Under the pieces are notes generated by a model. It saw only the letters and a program-made list of their open reading frames with translations. It did no database searches and was not told the origin of the DNA. The translations under genes and the position numbers were made by a program. 64,000 nt of DNA from Caecitellus pseudoparvulus (Eukaryota; Protista; Bigyra: Bicosoecida): NCBI GenBank assembly GCA_965644315.1, contig CBFFRQ010000081.1, positions 310,001-374,000 on the forward strand, read 5' to 3'. Positions 12,578 to 24,202 of the stretch are shown here, one piece after another (the stretch's first letter is position 1; every line of letters begins with the position of its first letter).

Positions 12578-15500
12578 ATGCCGGGCAGCATCGCCCTCGG
12601 CACGCCCGTCACCAGCAAGGGCAGCAGCGGAAGTTGGACGGGGGTAAGCAGCCGCCCGCCACCCGCCCCCGCCCCGCAGGGAACACAGAACACCACGCTA
12701 CACCCACAGATCCTGCGCTGGCAAGGCCGTCTGCGGCATGTGGGCGCTCCAAACGCCGTGTGGATGGGTGCGTGGCGCCGGGGCGCTGCCTTGCACCCTG
12801 CCTGTCGCACGCGACGTCACTGCACCTTCCAACGCTCTCTGCGAGCACGCCAGCCACGCGACACCCCCCCCCCCCCGCATCCCCCAGGCATCGAATTGGA
12901 CGAGGCACTCCCTAATAACCGCTGCAGTGGTGCTTTCAAAGGCCCAAGGTACTTCACGTGTGCCCCCGGCAGGGGCTTGTTTGTGCCCGCCGTGAAGGTG
13001 CAGGTGCTGGTGGGGCGAGGCGGGGGCCGAGCCGCCACCGCCCCATCCCCCTCGCCCATGCGACCAGGCATGTTTTCGCGACATGGTACGCGATCGCTGC
13101 GCCATGCCGCTGCACCAGCCCTGGGGGCGAGTGGCGGTGCCGGCGCAGAGCGAGGGGAGGTGGGCAGGCAGCAGCAGCAGCAGCAGCAGCGGCGTGAGGG
13201 GGGTGAGGCGGAGGAGGAGGGGGGAGGAGGGGGTGCACCCCCCCCTCCTCCCGCCACCACCCCTCGCTTCGCGCAGCACACGCAGTCCTCCAAAGTGCAT
13301 TCGGCGACTGCTCAGCAGGCCCGCCCGGCGAGGAGCCGGGGGGGCCGGGCGACCCGGAACACCCGACCCGGAACACCAAGTGGGGACGACGCCTCCCCTC
13401 GTGCCCGCACCATGTCCCCTGCTCCATCACGCGCTTCCCCCCACCCAGGGCGGATGAGGGGGGGTGGCAGCAGCGGACACCTGCCCCGCCCAGGGCAGTT
13501 TTCACGGGGCTTAGAACAGCAGAGCAGAACACCCAGCAGGGGGCGGGTGGGGTCACTCGGAACACCCAGTAGGGGGCGGGCCGGGTCACCCCGAACACCC
13601 GGCGCAGGCACCCCCTCGCGTCGTGCAGGGTCACCCGGAACACAGCGACGGGCCGCATCACCCGGAACACAGCGACGCACGGCGTCACCACGCACACCAG
13701 GTCGCACGGGCTCGCCTGGTCGCCTGCGACGGCAGCCCCGCTCCGGCAGCAAACTGAAGGGGCGTCGACCCCCCACCGCCTCTCCCCTGGCTGGACGAGG
13801 GGGGGGGTCGGTGGGCCACGGGAGCCCCCCCCGGGATGTGTCCCTTGCATCCAGTGCGGGGGGGCGCAGTGCACTCGGAACAGAGTCAAGTGCTGACTCG
13901 GAACACGGAGTCGAGGCCCGGCTGGCGGTGGAGGCGGGCCTCGTGAGTGGCCATGGGTCAGGGGACGCTGACGCAGTGGCCGAGCTGCTGGCGGGGCTGC
14001 AGATGCTGAACGCAGAACACCAGGGGATGGCGCTCAGTGGGAGCACACTCATGGGAGGGGGGGGTGAGGGGGGCCACATGCCCGCCCCCGCCACGCCCAC
14101 GGCTGTGACTCAAGCCCTGGCCGCTGCAACGCAGGACAGGGCTGTGGCGGGCCACGGCGCACAGACTGCGCAGGCCATGGCGTCTCTGTCTGCTGCGTTA
14201 CACCGCTCGCAGCGCGTGCTGTCGCAGCCGACGACGGGTGCTGTCGTAGCGACAGACGGGGATGGGTCAAAGACACTCCTGAGCCCCGTGGGCGGTGCAG
14301 CCACACATGCTGCGTTGACAGGTGAAAACGCAGCAGCTCTGAGCGCACTGGTGTCCACGACTGCGGAGAATTCGAACTTGCGCAACCAGTTGAAACGCAT
14401 GGAAGCGCGAGTCACCCAGCTGCAGGGGGAGGTGGACCAGGAGCGTGCCAGCCGCACCGCGAGCTTAGATCGCGCCGCTGCCGTGCGGGCCGCCTACGCT
14501 CAGGCGCTGAAGGCATTTTCAGGCCGTGTCGCGACGCTGGGCAGCGCGAATGCGGATTTAGACCGCCAAAACCGCCTCATGCGCGAGGTGGTGGCCGGTG
14601 TGCAGGCGGTTCTGGGGGCGGCGCCAGGGTCCCAGGCTCAGCGGGAGCTGGTGGCAGCTGCAGCTGCGGCGGCACGAGAGGCGCTGGGGGGCGGCGGCGA
14701 GGCGGCAGGGAAGGCGAGTCAGGGGGCGGGGGGTGGGCCCATGGAGGCGCCATTTCTCCGCACCGTGGCGGCCGGCGGCAGTTTGCTCGCGCAGGCGGTG
14801 GGGGGGGACGGCGACATGCGCGTTTCTTCCACACGCCTTGCGGAAATCCGGAGGCGACTCATCGAGTCAGCGAGTCAGAGTGGGCCCACCCTCTTCTCCA
14901 CGTACGGCGATGACTCCGAGGCCGCAGCACAGGGCGCTCCCCTGCGCCCCGTGCCGGGGGGGCACGCTGCAACGCAGCAGGGGGGCGGCCAACCCGCGAC
15001 CTCAAGTCGCCTCGCAGACATCGCCCGTGGCACCCCTGAGGGCTTCGCAGGTGACTCCGTGAACCGCCCAGGAGCAGAGGACGCCCAAGCCGCTGCCCGC
15101 ATCAACACACGGGGCACAGTGGCCATAGTCGGCGGGTCGCACGGGTCGCACGGGTCGCACGCCCAGGCCGCGGTCGCCGCGATCAAGGCCCACGAGGCAC
15201 CCCCTCTCGACTCCCTCCGCCCAGGATCGTATGTGGTGGCGGGCCAGGTGGGGGGGGCAGCGGCCACGGCGGCAGCGGCAGAGGCGACCATTCAGGGGGT
15301 GGAGGGGGATCTCGCAGGGGGGGTGGAGGGGGGGGGGTCCACGCCCACCCCCCCAACCATCAGGCCGCTCCCCCAGCAGTGGACGCCGCCGCCCCCCCTC
15401 TGTTCCGAGTGGCGTGGCGCCCGCGCCTGGCGCGGTGGCCACATCCGGAACACACTCGGGCGCACAGGCCATTCTGGACACAGTCAGAACACACTTGCGC

Positions 15501-17426
15501 GAGGCTGCGGGTGTTCCGACTCCCTCTCCCCCTGGAGGTGCCGCAGACGCACCCACGCCAACGCTCCCCGTGGATGGCTCCCTCACCGGGTCAGCCGCCA
15601 TCGATGCGGAAATTGCTGCAACGCACCAACGGGCCGCCGCGAAGGCAGCCGACGCCAACGCCGGGTATGACATCACTGACCCCACCTTCCGCACGGTGGC
15701 GGCGCGCGGCAGCCCCACCAGTCACGATGCGCGATCTAAGGTCGCGGCTGCCATGCATTCGCCAAGCGCCAGCGGCGCCATGCAGGAGTCCCTGCTGCGT
15801 TTCACCACGGCTGACTCGGTGCGACAGGCGGTGAACGCTGCAGCCGCTGCACAGGTCAGCTCATCGCCTGGCGCGTGGGCTGTCACTGACGTGGAGGGGG
15901 TGGGTGGGGGTGGGCCCACCCCCCTCTTGCCTGGGACGCACCCCCCCTCCCCCACGGCATCCCCCTCTGCCCCAACCCCAGCCAGCAGGGCCAGCAGCGA
16001 CTCGTTGGGCGAGCTGGGGGGTGTGGGGCACCGGGGCGAGTCAACGCGGAATATGGTGGAGCGTATTACGGCCGCCCTCCCCGAGGCCCGTGTCGGCGCC
16101 AGCAACGCAGCAACCGGCCTGCGGCAGGGTCTGGAGGAGTTCCAGTTCGCAGAGGCGAAGGGGGCGGGGCTGGCGCCGGCGGCCGTGACGCGTATAACGC
16201 CCAGTGGAGAGCGCCTAGACCCCCCCCTCACACCCCAAGGCCGAGCTGCCATGGAGACCGCCCTAGCATCGCCCACAGCTCCGACGCCCACGCCAGCCAG
16301 CCCGGTGCCCGCCCTGCAGCCGCAGCAACGCAGCGGCGAAACGCAGCACGGCGACGCGCCACCTGCAACGCCGTCCCCGCCTCTTGCACCGTCGCCGCCT
16401 CCCGCGCCTGGGCCCATGTCCCCCGCAGCACCCCCCCTGGCGGCAGGTGACGGTGGTGTGGGGCTGCTCATGCCCCCCCCAGCGGGGACGTCGCCACCCC
16501 CCCCTCAGGACCGGATCCGAGCCCTGGCACAAGCACTCCATGAGGTGGGCCTGGCAGTGGGCCCAGATGGCCGCCTGGTGCCTGTGGCGGAGGTGGAGGG
16601 TGCAGACGCGTCGCCGTCACCGGGTGCCGGACGGCGTGGTGGTGCTGGTGGAGGGTCCCCTTCAATTTCCGCACCCATGTCCCCCGGCACCGGCGCCCAA
16701 GCCGCCTCAGCCCTGGACGCACGCCCCGCCGGGGCAGTGGCTGCTGTCACCTCTGCCCTGCGCGCACAGGCTGCCATGCTTGACTCGCAAGACGCGGGCA
16801 GTGCTGCGTTGAACGACACACAAGTGCTGGCACCGGCCATTCAAAGTGCCGGCTCACGCGCAGGCCTGCACTGGCCAGGGCGAGACGGAGGGGGGGGCAG
16901 GCGACATTTCCTGGCAGGGGATGGTGCGGCGGCAGATGTGGGCCCATACCACCGCGTCGTGCACCCGCCCGAAATGGCTGGGGACAGGCCGGGTGCGGCG
17001 GAAGAACCGGCGACGCCGCCGCCGCCCCCCCCTCGAGACGTCTTCGCAGGGGGCCGCCACACTCGCCGACGAGACATCGTGGTCATGTCCAGTGACTCCC
17101 CCGCAGCCACAACGGCTTTCGCGACGCGGTACCGCCAGGACTCGCCGTGGGGCGAGGGCTACGCCGGTGAAACGCACGCTCAAGTCCGCTCCCCCGCGGC
17201 AAAGGCTGCGTCAGGCGACAGCCCCAAAGGACCAGGAGGTGAGCTGGCCACGCGCAGCAAGGGTGTGGAGGGGGGTAGTCAGCGGAATTGGGTGGAGGTG
17301 GGGGGTGCGCGGGCGGAAGTGTCTCGCCTGCCCACTGCCGCCAACCACTATGCTGCGTTGCAGATGCTGCTCGCAAGTACGGGGGACGACACCCTGCATG
17401 GCGGCAGTCCGCAGGGGAAGCGGTGA
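12578..17426 (+). CDS. CAP-Gly domain protein with coiled coil and long low-complexity regions (frame change near 15230-15340)
   Basis: Start in GCCGCCACCATG context. Spliced WMG|IELDEALPNNRCSGAFKGPRYFTCAPGRGLFVP matches CAP-Gly. Coiled coil ENSNLRNQLKRMEARVTQLQGEVDQER. Coding-like sequence continues in ORF 15231..17426. Confidence 0.75.
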
Positions 17427-17438
17427 ATGTGCTGCGTT

Positions 17439-18737
17439 TCACCCTGACTTGTCTGCCGGTGAGGGGGGCACTGTGGCTGCGCTACCCTTGGCCCCCCCCT
17501 CGCCTCCGAGCCCTGGCTGTGCCAACGCAATGCAAAACGCATGATGGCCAGCAAGGAGGTCAGTTGGTACCAACGCACGACCTCGGATCGGCAGCTGCAC
17601 AGGACACGGCACCATGTCCACGAGTTGCAGCGTGCAGGGGCTGGCGTGAAGGGCTGGCTCGGGAGTGTTCTGGGTCAGTCGCCAGGGAATGGCGGCAAGT
17701 GCCCCGGAACACCCTGGTGCGGTCACGGCAGACGGCACTTCCAACGGCACGTGCTGCCCCCACCCCCACACAGCCCCCTGCTCACTGAGCACCACCGTGG
17801 TGTTCTGGCAGCAAGCCACTTGGCGTGGCAAATCACCGCTCTCCAGTGATAAAGTCACATGCTGCGGAACGCAGCAACCAGCATCGAACACGCCTTGTTC
17901 CGACTCCAGCCACGACGCTGGCTGCCAACGCAGCAACGCGCCCGTGGTGGGCTGAAGATGCAGTGTGTGTTCTGAGCTCCCCAACTCGGCCGCTGCTTCC
18001 ATTGGGGAGCATGTTCCGAGTTGTCCATGGCGCCCTCCACCCCACGTCAGAACGTCTCCACACTTTGTCAGCACAGCACTGTGAAACGCACCAGCGGACA
18101 CCTGTGCTGCGCTCACAGTCTCCGCAGAAGCCGCCGGCAAGCCACGGCACAGGTCAGACAGTGAGCATGCTGCAGATGGCAGCGTCACCTGCTGTGGGTC
18201 ACTGATGCTGCGTTGCCCGCCTGGGTCACACCCGCACTGCCCGTGAGAATTATCTCCCCACGCAAGCACCCACCCACTTTCGCCAAGGGCGAGGAAGTGG
18301 CCCCAGCCTGCCGAAAGGGACGCCACTGGCCCCGGACACGATGTTGGTAAGGAGCACGGCATCAAAGCACGCCCGAGTTGTGAAGGGTGCTGTGATCCGG
18401 GCGCGCTCCACAACTCGCCTGACCAGTCCGCAGCAGCATACCCCCCTCCGCCGCCAAGCACGCCAAGCGCTCGCAAGGGGACTGGAAACACAGGCTGCAG
18501 AGGATTCCAAGCCTCGCTCTCGCTCTCACGCCAAAGCAGGGCGCCTGCAGTCACAGAGCTGCACTTCGTCGCCCCCCCAAAGACACAGCTGGCCAGCGCC
18601 AGGCTGCCACGCCCAACTCCACACTGCCGCACTTGAGTAGCACGTTCGGGGAGTTGCTCTGATGATTCGCGGTCTTCCTTGGTAGATATACCCAGTGGTC
18701 CCCATGTGAACAACTGCCCTGCTTCCTGAGCGGCCAT
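17439..18737 (-). CDS. RCC1/BLIP-II repeat protein
   Basis: RCC1-type repeats LSAGWGHFLALGESGWVLAWGDNSHGQCG and VSAGAFHSAVLTKCGDVLTWGGGRHGQLG. Confidence 0.85.
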   Translation of the reverse strand: MAAQEAGQLFTWGPLGISTKEDRESSEQLPERATQVRQCGVGRGSLALASCVFGGATKCSSVTAGALLWRESESEAWNPLQPVFPVPLRALGVLGGGGGYAAADWSGELWSAPGSQHPSQLGRALMPCSLPTSCPGPVASLSAGWGHFLALGESGWVLAWGDNSHGQCGCDPGGQRSISDPQQVTLPSAACSLSDLCRGLPAASAETVSAAQVSAGAFHSAVLTKCGDVLTWGGGRHGQLGTCSPMEAAAELGSSEHTLHLQPTTGALLRWQPASWLESEQGVFDAGCCVPQHVTLSLESGDLPRQVACCQNTTVVLSEQGAVWGWGQHVPLEVPSAVTAPGCSGALAAIPWRLTQNTPEPALHASPCTLQLVDMVPCPVQLPIRGRALVPTDLLAGHHAFCIALAQPGLGGEGGAKGSAATVPPSPADKSG

Positions 18738-19078
18738 GAAGGCCTTTAAATGCTTCCTTCTCGTTCACGAAACGCAGGCGAAACGTGAGAAACAAAAACT
18801 GCAACGATCCCAACTCTCGCGTCAAATAATTGGCATCAGCACGGGAATCCTGGTCAATCAAGCGTGTGCCTACTTTCAGCACGTCTCTGGTGTCCCATTA
18901 GTGAGACTTCGTAATCACTGTTTGCGGATTGCGCGAAATCGAGACGCCAAACACCCACAACCTCGCACGTGTGGACTACAACGGGTGACCAATGCATTCA
19001 CAAGCACTTGCCCGAGCCAAGGCAGCAGTGAAGTTCCAGCATCGCTGCGCACATGCACCTTGCACCTACCGTGCTCCT

Positions 19079-22001
19079 CTACCGACGCAGCGACGCCCTC
19101 AGCAACACAACTTCCCTTCGCCCACGGCGCAAGAGAGTTTCATGCCACACTGCGTCCCTGCCTGCCTTCCTGGCACCTGAGCCTGCAGCCTGTCTAGCAC
19201 GCAAGGGAACAGCACGAGGGCCAGTGAGTGCCAGCAGCTCACGCACGACACCCAAATGACCATGCACGCTGGCAATCCAGAAGCCGTAGTCAGGCTTGCC
19301 CTCACGCGCAGCATGCACGTCCACCTCACGATGGCCGGTGAGTACCAGCAGCTCACGCACCACATTCACATGTCCCCGAGCACAGGCTCGTTGGAAAGCT
19401 TCCTCAGGGATGCCGTTCCACCCAACGTGCACATCGATTTCACGATCCCCAGTCAACCCCAGCAGCTCGCGCACCACACCCACATGCCCCCAAGCACAGG
19501 CAACCAGAAAGCCATTACTAGGCACATGTTCAGGCCCAGCATGTACATTCACAAAGCGTTCGCCGCGAAGAGCCAGCAGCTCCCGTACAACAGCCACATG
19601 GCCGTTACGACAGGCACACCGGAAGCCGGCCTCGTGTCTTACGTGGACGTCCACCTCACGATGCCCGCTCAATGCCAGCAGATCTTGAACCACATCTAAA
19701 TGTCCATTCTCACAGGCAGCCTGGAAGCCATGCTCAGGAATACCCATGAATGCAGCATGTACATCCACCTCACGATGCCCGCTCAATGCTAACAGCTCCC
19801 GCACCACATCCATTCGACCATGTTCGCATGCGGCCTGGAAGCCATGCTCAGGAATACCCTCTGGCCCAGCATGCACGTCCACCTCACGATTTCCGGTGAG
19901 AGCCAGCAGCTCTCGCACCACATCAATGTGTCCATTCGCACAGGCAAGCCGGAACCCAGCCTCGGGCCCATTCAGATCCCCAGCATGCACGTTCACCATA
20001 CTTTCACCACTCAGCAGTAGCAGCTCACGCACTTTTGAGACATCTCCAGCTTCACATGCTGCCAAGAAGCTGGCGTTCTGGTCGCCAGCATCAACCGTAT
20101 CCGTGGGCACTCTGCTTTGTTTCATAACCCAAGCATTTGCCTCGGCATCCACATTTGCCATGAACGCGACATCCCACCCACATGTCGCACTCGCACAGGC
20201 GTACGCAGCCATGCAGCTCCCCGGGCCCCCAGCTTGAATGATCCGCACTGTCTCAGCAAGCCACCCACCGCTTGCCGTGCCAGCCACCTCTGGGCCAACC
20301 ACAGCCTCCAACACGCCGGACACACATCCATCTAAACCTCCTTCACACCATGCTCCACAACATGCTCCCAACACCACCTCACACCCACCCACATCCAGCG
20401 CATCTACCAGATCACCCACACTGCCACTCCTCACACCCTCAACCACAAAGCTCCCCACACTCACACCACCTAGCTCCACCTCACACATCTCCGCCACGGC
20501 ACACACACCCAGCACCATAGCGCACACGCGCTGCTTGACACTTTCATCTACGCTGTGCCACGCTGCATCCTCCACGAACTTGCTCAGCGGCCAGCCCGCC
20601 TTACACTGCACCTGCACACTCAAGCTGCTCCTCACACCTAGTGGATCTTCTGGTCCAGTCCCAGTGCAAACATGTGCAAGGGCCACTGATACTGGGACCT
20701 GTGCCAGCCTCGGCAGTCCGTAGGCCATGCGCGACGCCTCGGAGCGCTTCAATGCCGCAATGCTCTGCGCCACAGCCCTTGCGCCTACGGCCACACGCTT
20801 TGTCCAGACCTCCACATCACGGGGCTCTTCACCTACAGCACCACGGAAAGTGTCACCCTCAACAGTGTACACACTCACAGCATTGCTGCACTTGAGCACA
20901 ACGCTGCCATCCATGTCGCAGCCAACGACTGACTCGAAAACGCCGCCATTTATCGTCTCGCCCCACACCACCAGCCCGTGCAGCTCCTCTAATGCATCTG
21001 CCGCTGACTCCAAGTGCTCAGCTGCTGCCTCGCACTTCAGGCCGCCCGCTGCCCCACCGCGCAGCCATTCAGCCTGCTGTCGCATGGAGACCAGAGCTTC
21101 GGGCGGGTCTGGCGCGTCGACCCCAAGCCCACGTACATCACCTCCGCCTTCCACAATGCCAGCCACACCACCACCATCTGCAGTGGATTCCTCACGCTCC
21201 CGCCACCACACTGCCAAGTTCTCCAGTTTAGATTTGCCTTCGCGGGTTACAGCCTGCGATGCCTCGAGAATGGGCCTCCACACTGCACCACCAAAAGGCA
21301 CCGCAGATTCGTCGGCTCCGAACACCGCTTCGCGCAGCAGTTCAAATGCGCTGAAGCACCGGAATGATAAGAACTTGAGCGCAAAACACAAACCCTCATC
21401 CCCACCACCCGCCTCGCTCAACAGCCCAGCTCGCTCCCACAACGAGCATCCTGCGTCCAGCGCAAGACTTGCGATCTCCCTCACAAAATAGGAAAACCTC
21501 CTATCCCCCATGCCCAGCGTTGCATCACGCGCCATAGCCGCCAGGCAACGCAGAGCTGTGCCAGAGCGAATCTCCGCTCCCAGTGCACTGTCCAACTTCA
21601 GCAAGCACGGCACCATCCTGTCGATCCTCTCAGCCTCCTCCTCATCACTTCCTCCTTCGGGGCTCGGCACTTGCTTGCTGCCACTGGATGCCTGTGATGG
21701 AAAGCGTGGAGAACGATCCACAACGCCCGGTGCTGGCGCACGTCCTTGCGCTTGCACCAAACAGCACCCACACAACATCTCCAGCAAGCCACGCACCATT
21801 GGAGTTCGATTCCCAGTGTTTTCCAACACAATGTTCGATCTGATGCTGTGCAAGGTGCCAAGGGGGGAACGAGGGGCTTGCGTGTGTACTCTGTCGACCT
21901 GCGGGAATAGCGACACAGCAAACTCCGCGCTGGAAGCTCACCTTCAGCGGCTGGGTGTCTGAGGCAGTCGTCCTCAGAAGGCCCCGAATAAAACACAGCA
22001 T
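19079..22001 (-). CDS. Ankyrin-repeat protein (8 repeats of about 38 aa) with an N-terminal helical region and a possible pseudokinase
   Basis: 945-aa ORF with C-terminal repeats FxxACxxGHxxVVRELLxLxGxRxVDVHA. Probable start ATG at 22001 joined by a 43-nt GTGAGC..CGCAG intron (21941-21899). Confidence 0.8.
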
Positions 22002-22293
22002 GAAGGGCGTGGGGTGTACGAGTGGAATGAAGTTTGCTCGAAACACGCAAGCGCAACACTCCCGGACACCCCCTCAGCACCCCGCCGCTCCTTGAACGTT
22101 GGCGAGCCCATGCAGGCCGCCTCACAAACTCCAACATATTCAAAACGACCAATCTTCCTCATTCCTTGCGATAACTACCCGCACGTCTCTTTCTTAGAGC
22201 CTGCGCTTGCTGCGTGGGGTGTGTGCGGATTTCGCTCCCACACCAGCACACCTTGGCACTGCTCTTCCTAGAGACCCAGCGCCGCCGGCCAAT

Positions 22294-24139
22294 ATGAAGC
22301 GCGTTGCAGTGGCACTAGGGCGGCATGCCCGTCGCTCAGCTGTCGTTCTTGCGAGGTGCGTCTCCCCCATGCGCTGGGCACGACACTCCGTCCTCCACGC
22401 ATGTGACATGCCTCACTCTTCGACACACAGCCGGGCGGTACCCCGGAGCGTCACGACTGCTGTGCGCAGCAGCGCAGTGGCTGCCCCTGTAGTGGTACGT
22501 TTAGCTGTCTCGCTGTCCCGCAAAGGTTTGACAGTCTTGGTCGGCTGCCTGCAGCGGAATGGCTTTTCGAAGCACTGGTCATGGCAGCTGCAGTGCACTT
22601 CCCACCACTCTCCACGGAACCCCGCTGTACCCTTCCACAGGCCACTCCGACGGCCCCTCCACGCCGGTACATGAGCTCCCTGCCTCCCCACACCGTCGTG
22701 GCAATGCCTGCTCTCTCCCCTGTGCGTTCCGCCTCGGCGCCAGCGCCAACAGCGGCACCTGCCACACCCCGCTGGCCCGCCCCCTGCAGACCATGGAATT
22801 CGGCACCATCAGCTCGTGGGAGATGTCCCCCGGTGACGTCATCGCGCCAGGTGACTTGTTGGCCAAGGTGGACACGGACAAGGCCACTGTGGACTTCGAG
22901 GCGCAGGATGATGGCGTGCTGGCGAAGATTCTCGTTCCGGCAGGCACAACAGACGTGCCTCTGGGCAAGGCTGTGGCAATCATCGTGGAGAGCGAGGACG
23001 ACGTGGCTGCCTTTGAGGGCGTCAGTGCTGCGGATTTCGAAGGGGGCGCTGATGCCGCCGCTCCAGCCCCGGCACCCACACCGGCGCCGTCGCCAACGCC
23101 CGCTCCTGCACCAGCACCCACACCTGCGCCAACTCCAGCCCCTGCACCTTCGTCAGGCCAAGGCCGCATTTTCGCGTCCCCTGCCGCCAAGCGCATTTTG
23201 CGCGAGAATGGGGTTGACTTGGAGTCCATGCGTGGCGCTGGTACCGGCCCAGGCGGGCGGGTCATTGCGGAAGATGTGACCGCTGCGTTGGCAAGTGGGA
23301 ACTTCGCACAGCAAGCTGCAGCGCCCGAGGCGCCTGGTGCAGCAGATGTTGTGGCTGCTGCTGATGCCAGTGCTCTGCCTGCTGGCGCGGACGTCGTGGG
23401 CGGGCGTGGTTTCACGGACTTTGCCGTGCCGGCTGGAGTTGCGGAATCTGCTGCCGTATTCACAGCCTCCAAGGCTGCAGTGCCACACTACTACCTGACG
23501 ACTGAGGTGCGGTTGGATGCGGTGCTGGCGCTGCGCCAGCGTCTGAATGCGACCCTTGCCAGTGGTAAGGACGCCTCTGCCGACCCTGTGTTGTCTTTGA
23601 ACGACGTGCTGGTGAAGGCAGCGGGCCTGGCGCTGAAACGCGTGCCGGCAGTGAATTCGTCCTGGTTTGGCGACGCAGGCATCGTGCGCAGCTACCACTA
23701 CGCTGATGTGGCCGTGGTGATGTCCACACCCCATGGCACCATGGCCCCTGTCGTGCGCGACGCCGACACCAACGGCCTCGCGGGCATTTCCTCAAACGTG
23801 GCAGAGCTGCAGGCTGCTGCGCAAGGAAACGCCCTCGCTCCCGAGCAGGTGGCGGGCGCCACCTTCACCATCACCAACTTGGGAGGGTATGGCGTGAAGC
23901 AGTTCGCACCCATTGTCGTGCCGCCCCAAGCATGTGCTTTGGGAATTGGCGCCGTGACACGGCGAGTGGTGCCTGCTGAAGCGGCGGCTGAGGAGGCAGG
24001 GGGCAGCAAGCTCACCACAGCCACGTCCCTGGCAGTGACTCTCTCCTGTGACCACCGTGTCGTGGACGGCGCAGTGGGTGCTGAGTGGCTGGCCGCTTTC
24101 AAGGGTCTCCTGGAGGCGCCCGAGACCATGCTGCTGTGA
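22294..24139 (+). CDS. DLAT: Pyruvate dehydrogenase E2, dihydrolipoamide acetyltransferase, mitochondrial
   Basis: Presequence-like MKRVAVALGRHARRS; MPALSP|TMEFG; lipoyl motif VDTDKATVDFE; Pro/Ala linker; E3-binding ASPAAKR...GTGPGGRVI; catalytic DHRVVDG. The 5' exon joins are partly uncertain. Confidence 0.95.
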
Positions 24140-24166
24140 GTCGCCCAGCGCCAAGTGCAGTGCACC

Positions 24167-24174
24167 AATGCATT
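24167..24174. terminator. Palindromic AATGCATT, candidate bidirectional 3'-end/poly(A) signal (DLAT/SPAG16)
   Basis: Centred in the 63-nt gap, about 28 nt from each stop codon. Confidence 0.6.
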
Positions 24175-24202
24175 CCCAGTACACAGCGACGCCCCTGCCG
24201 CG

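Noticed and set aside
18740-22290. Large ankyrin gene as a transposon or viral insertion
   Set aside because: No terminal repeats, target-site duplication, or transposase/integrase/capsid motifs seen; the gene has a spliceosomal intron and the host 3' motif.
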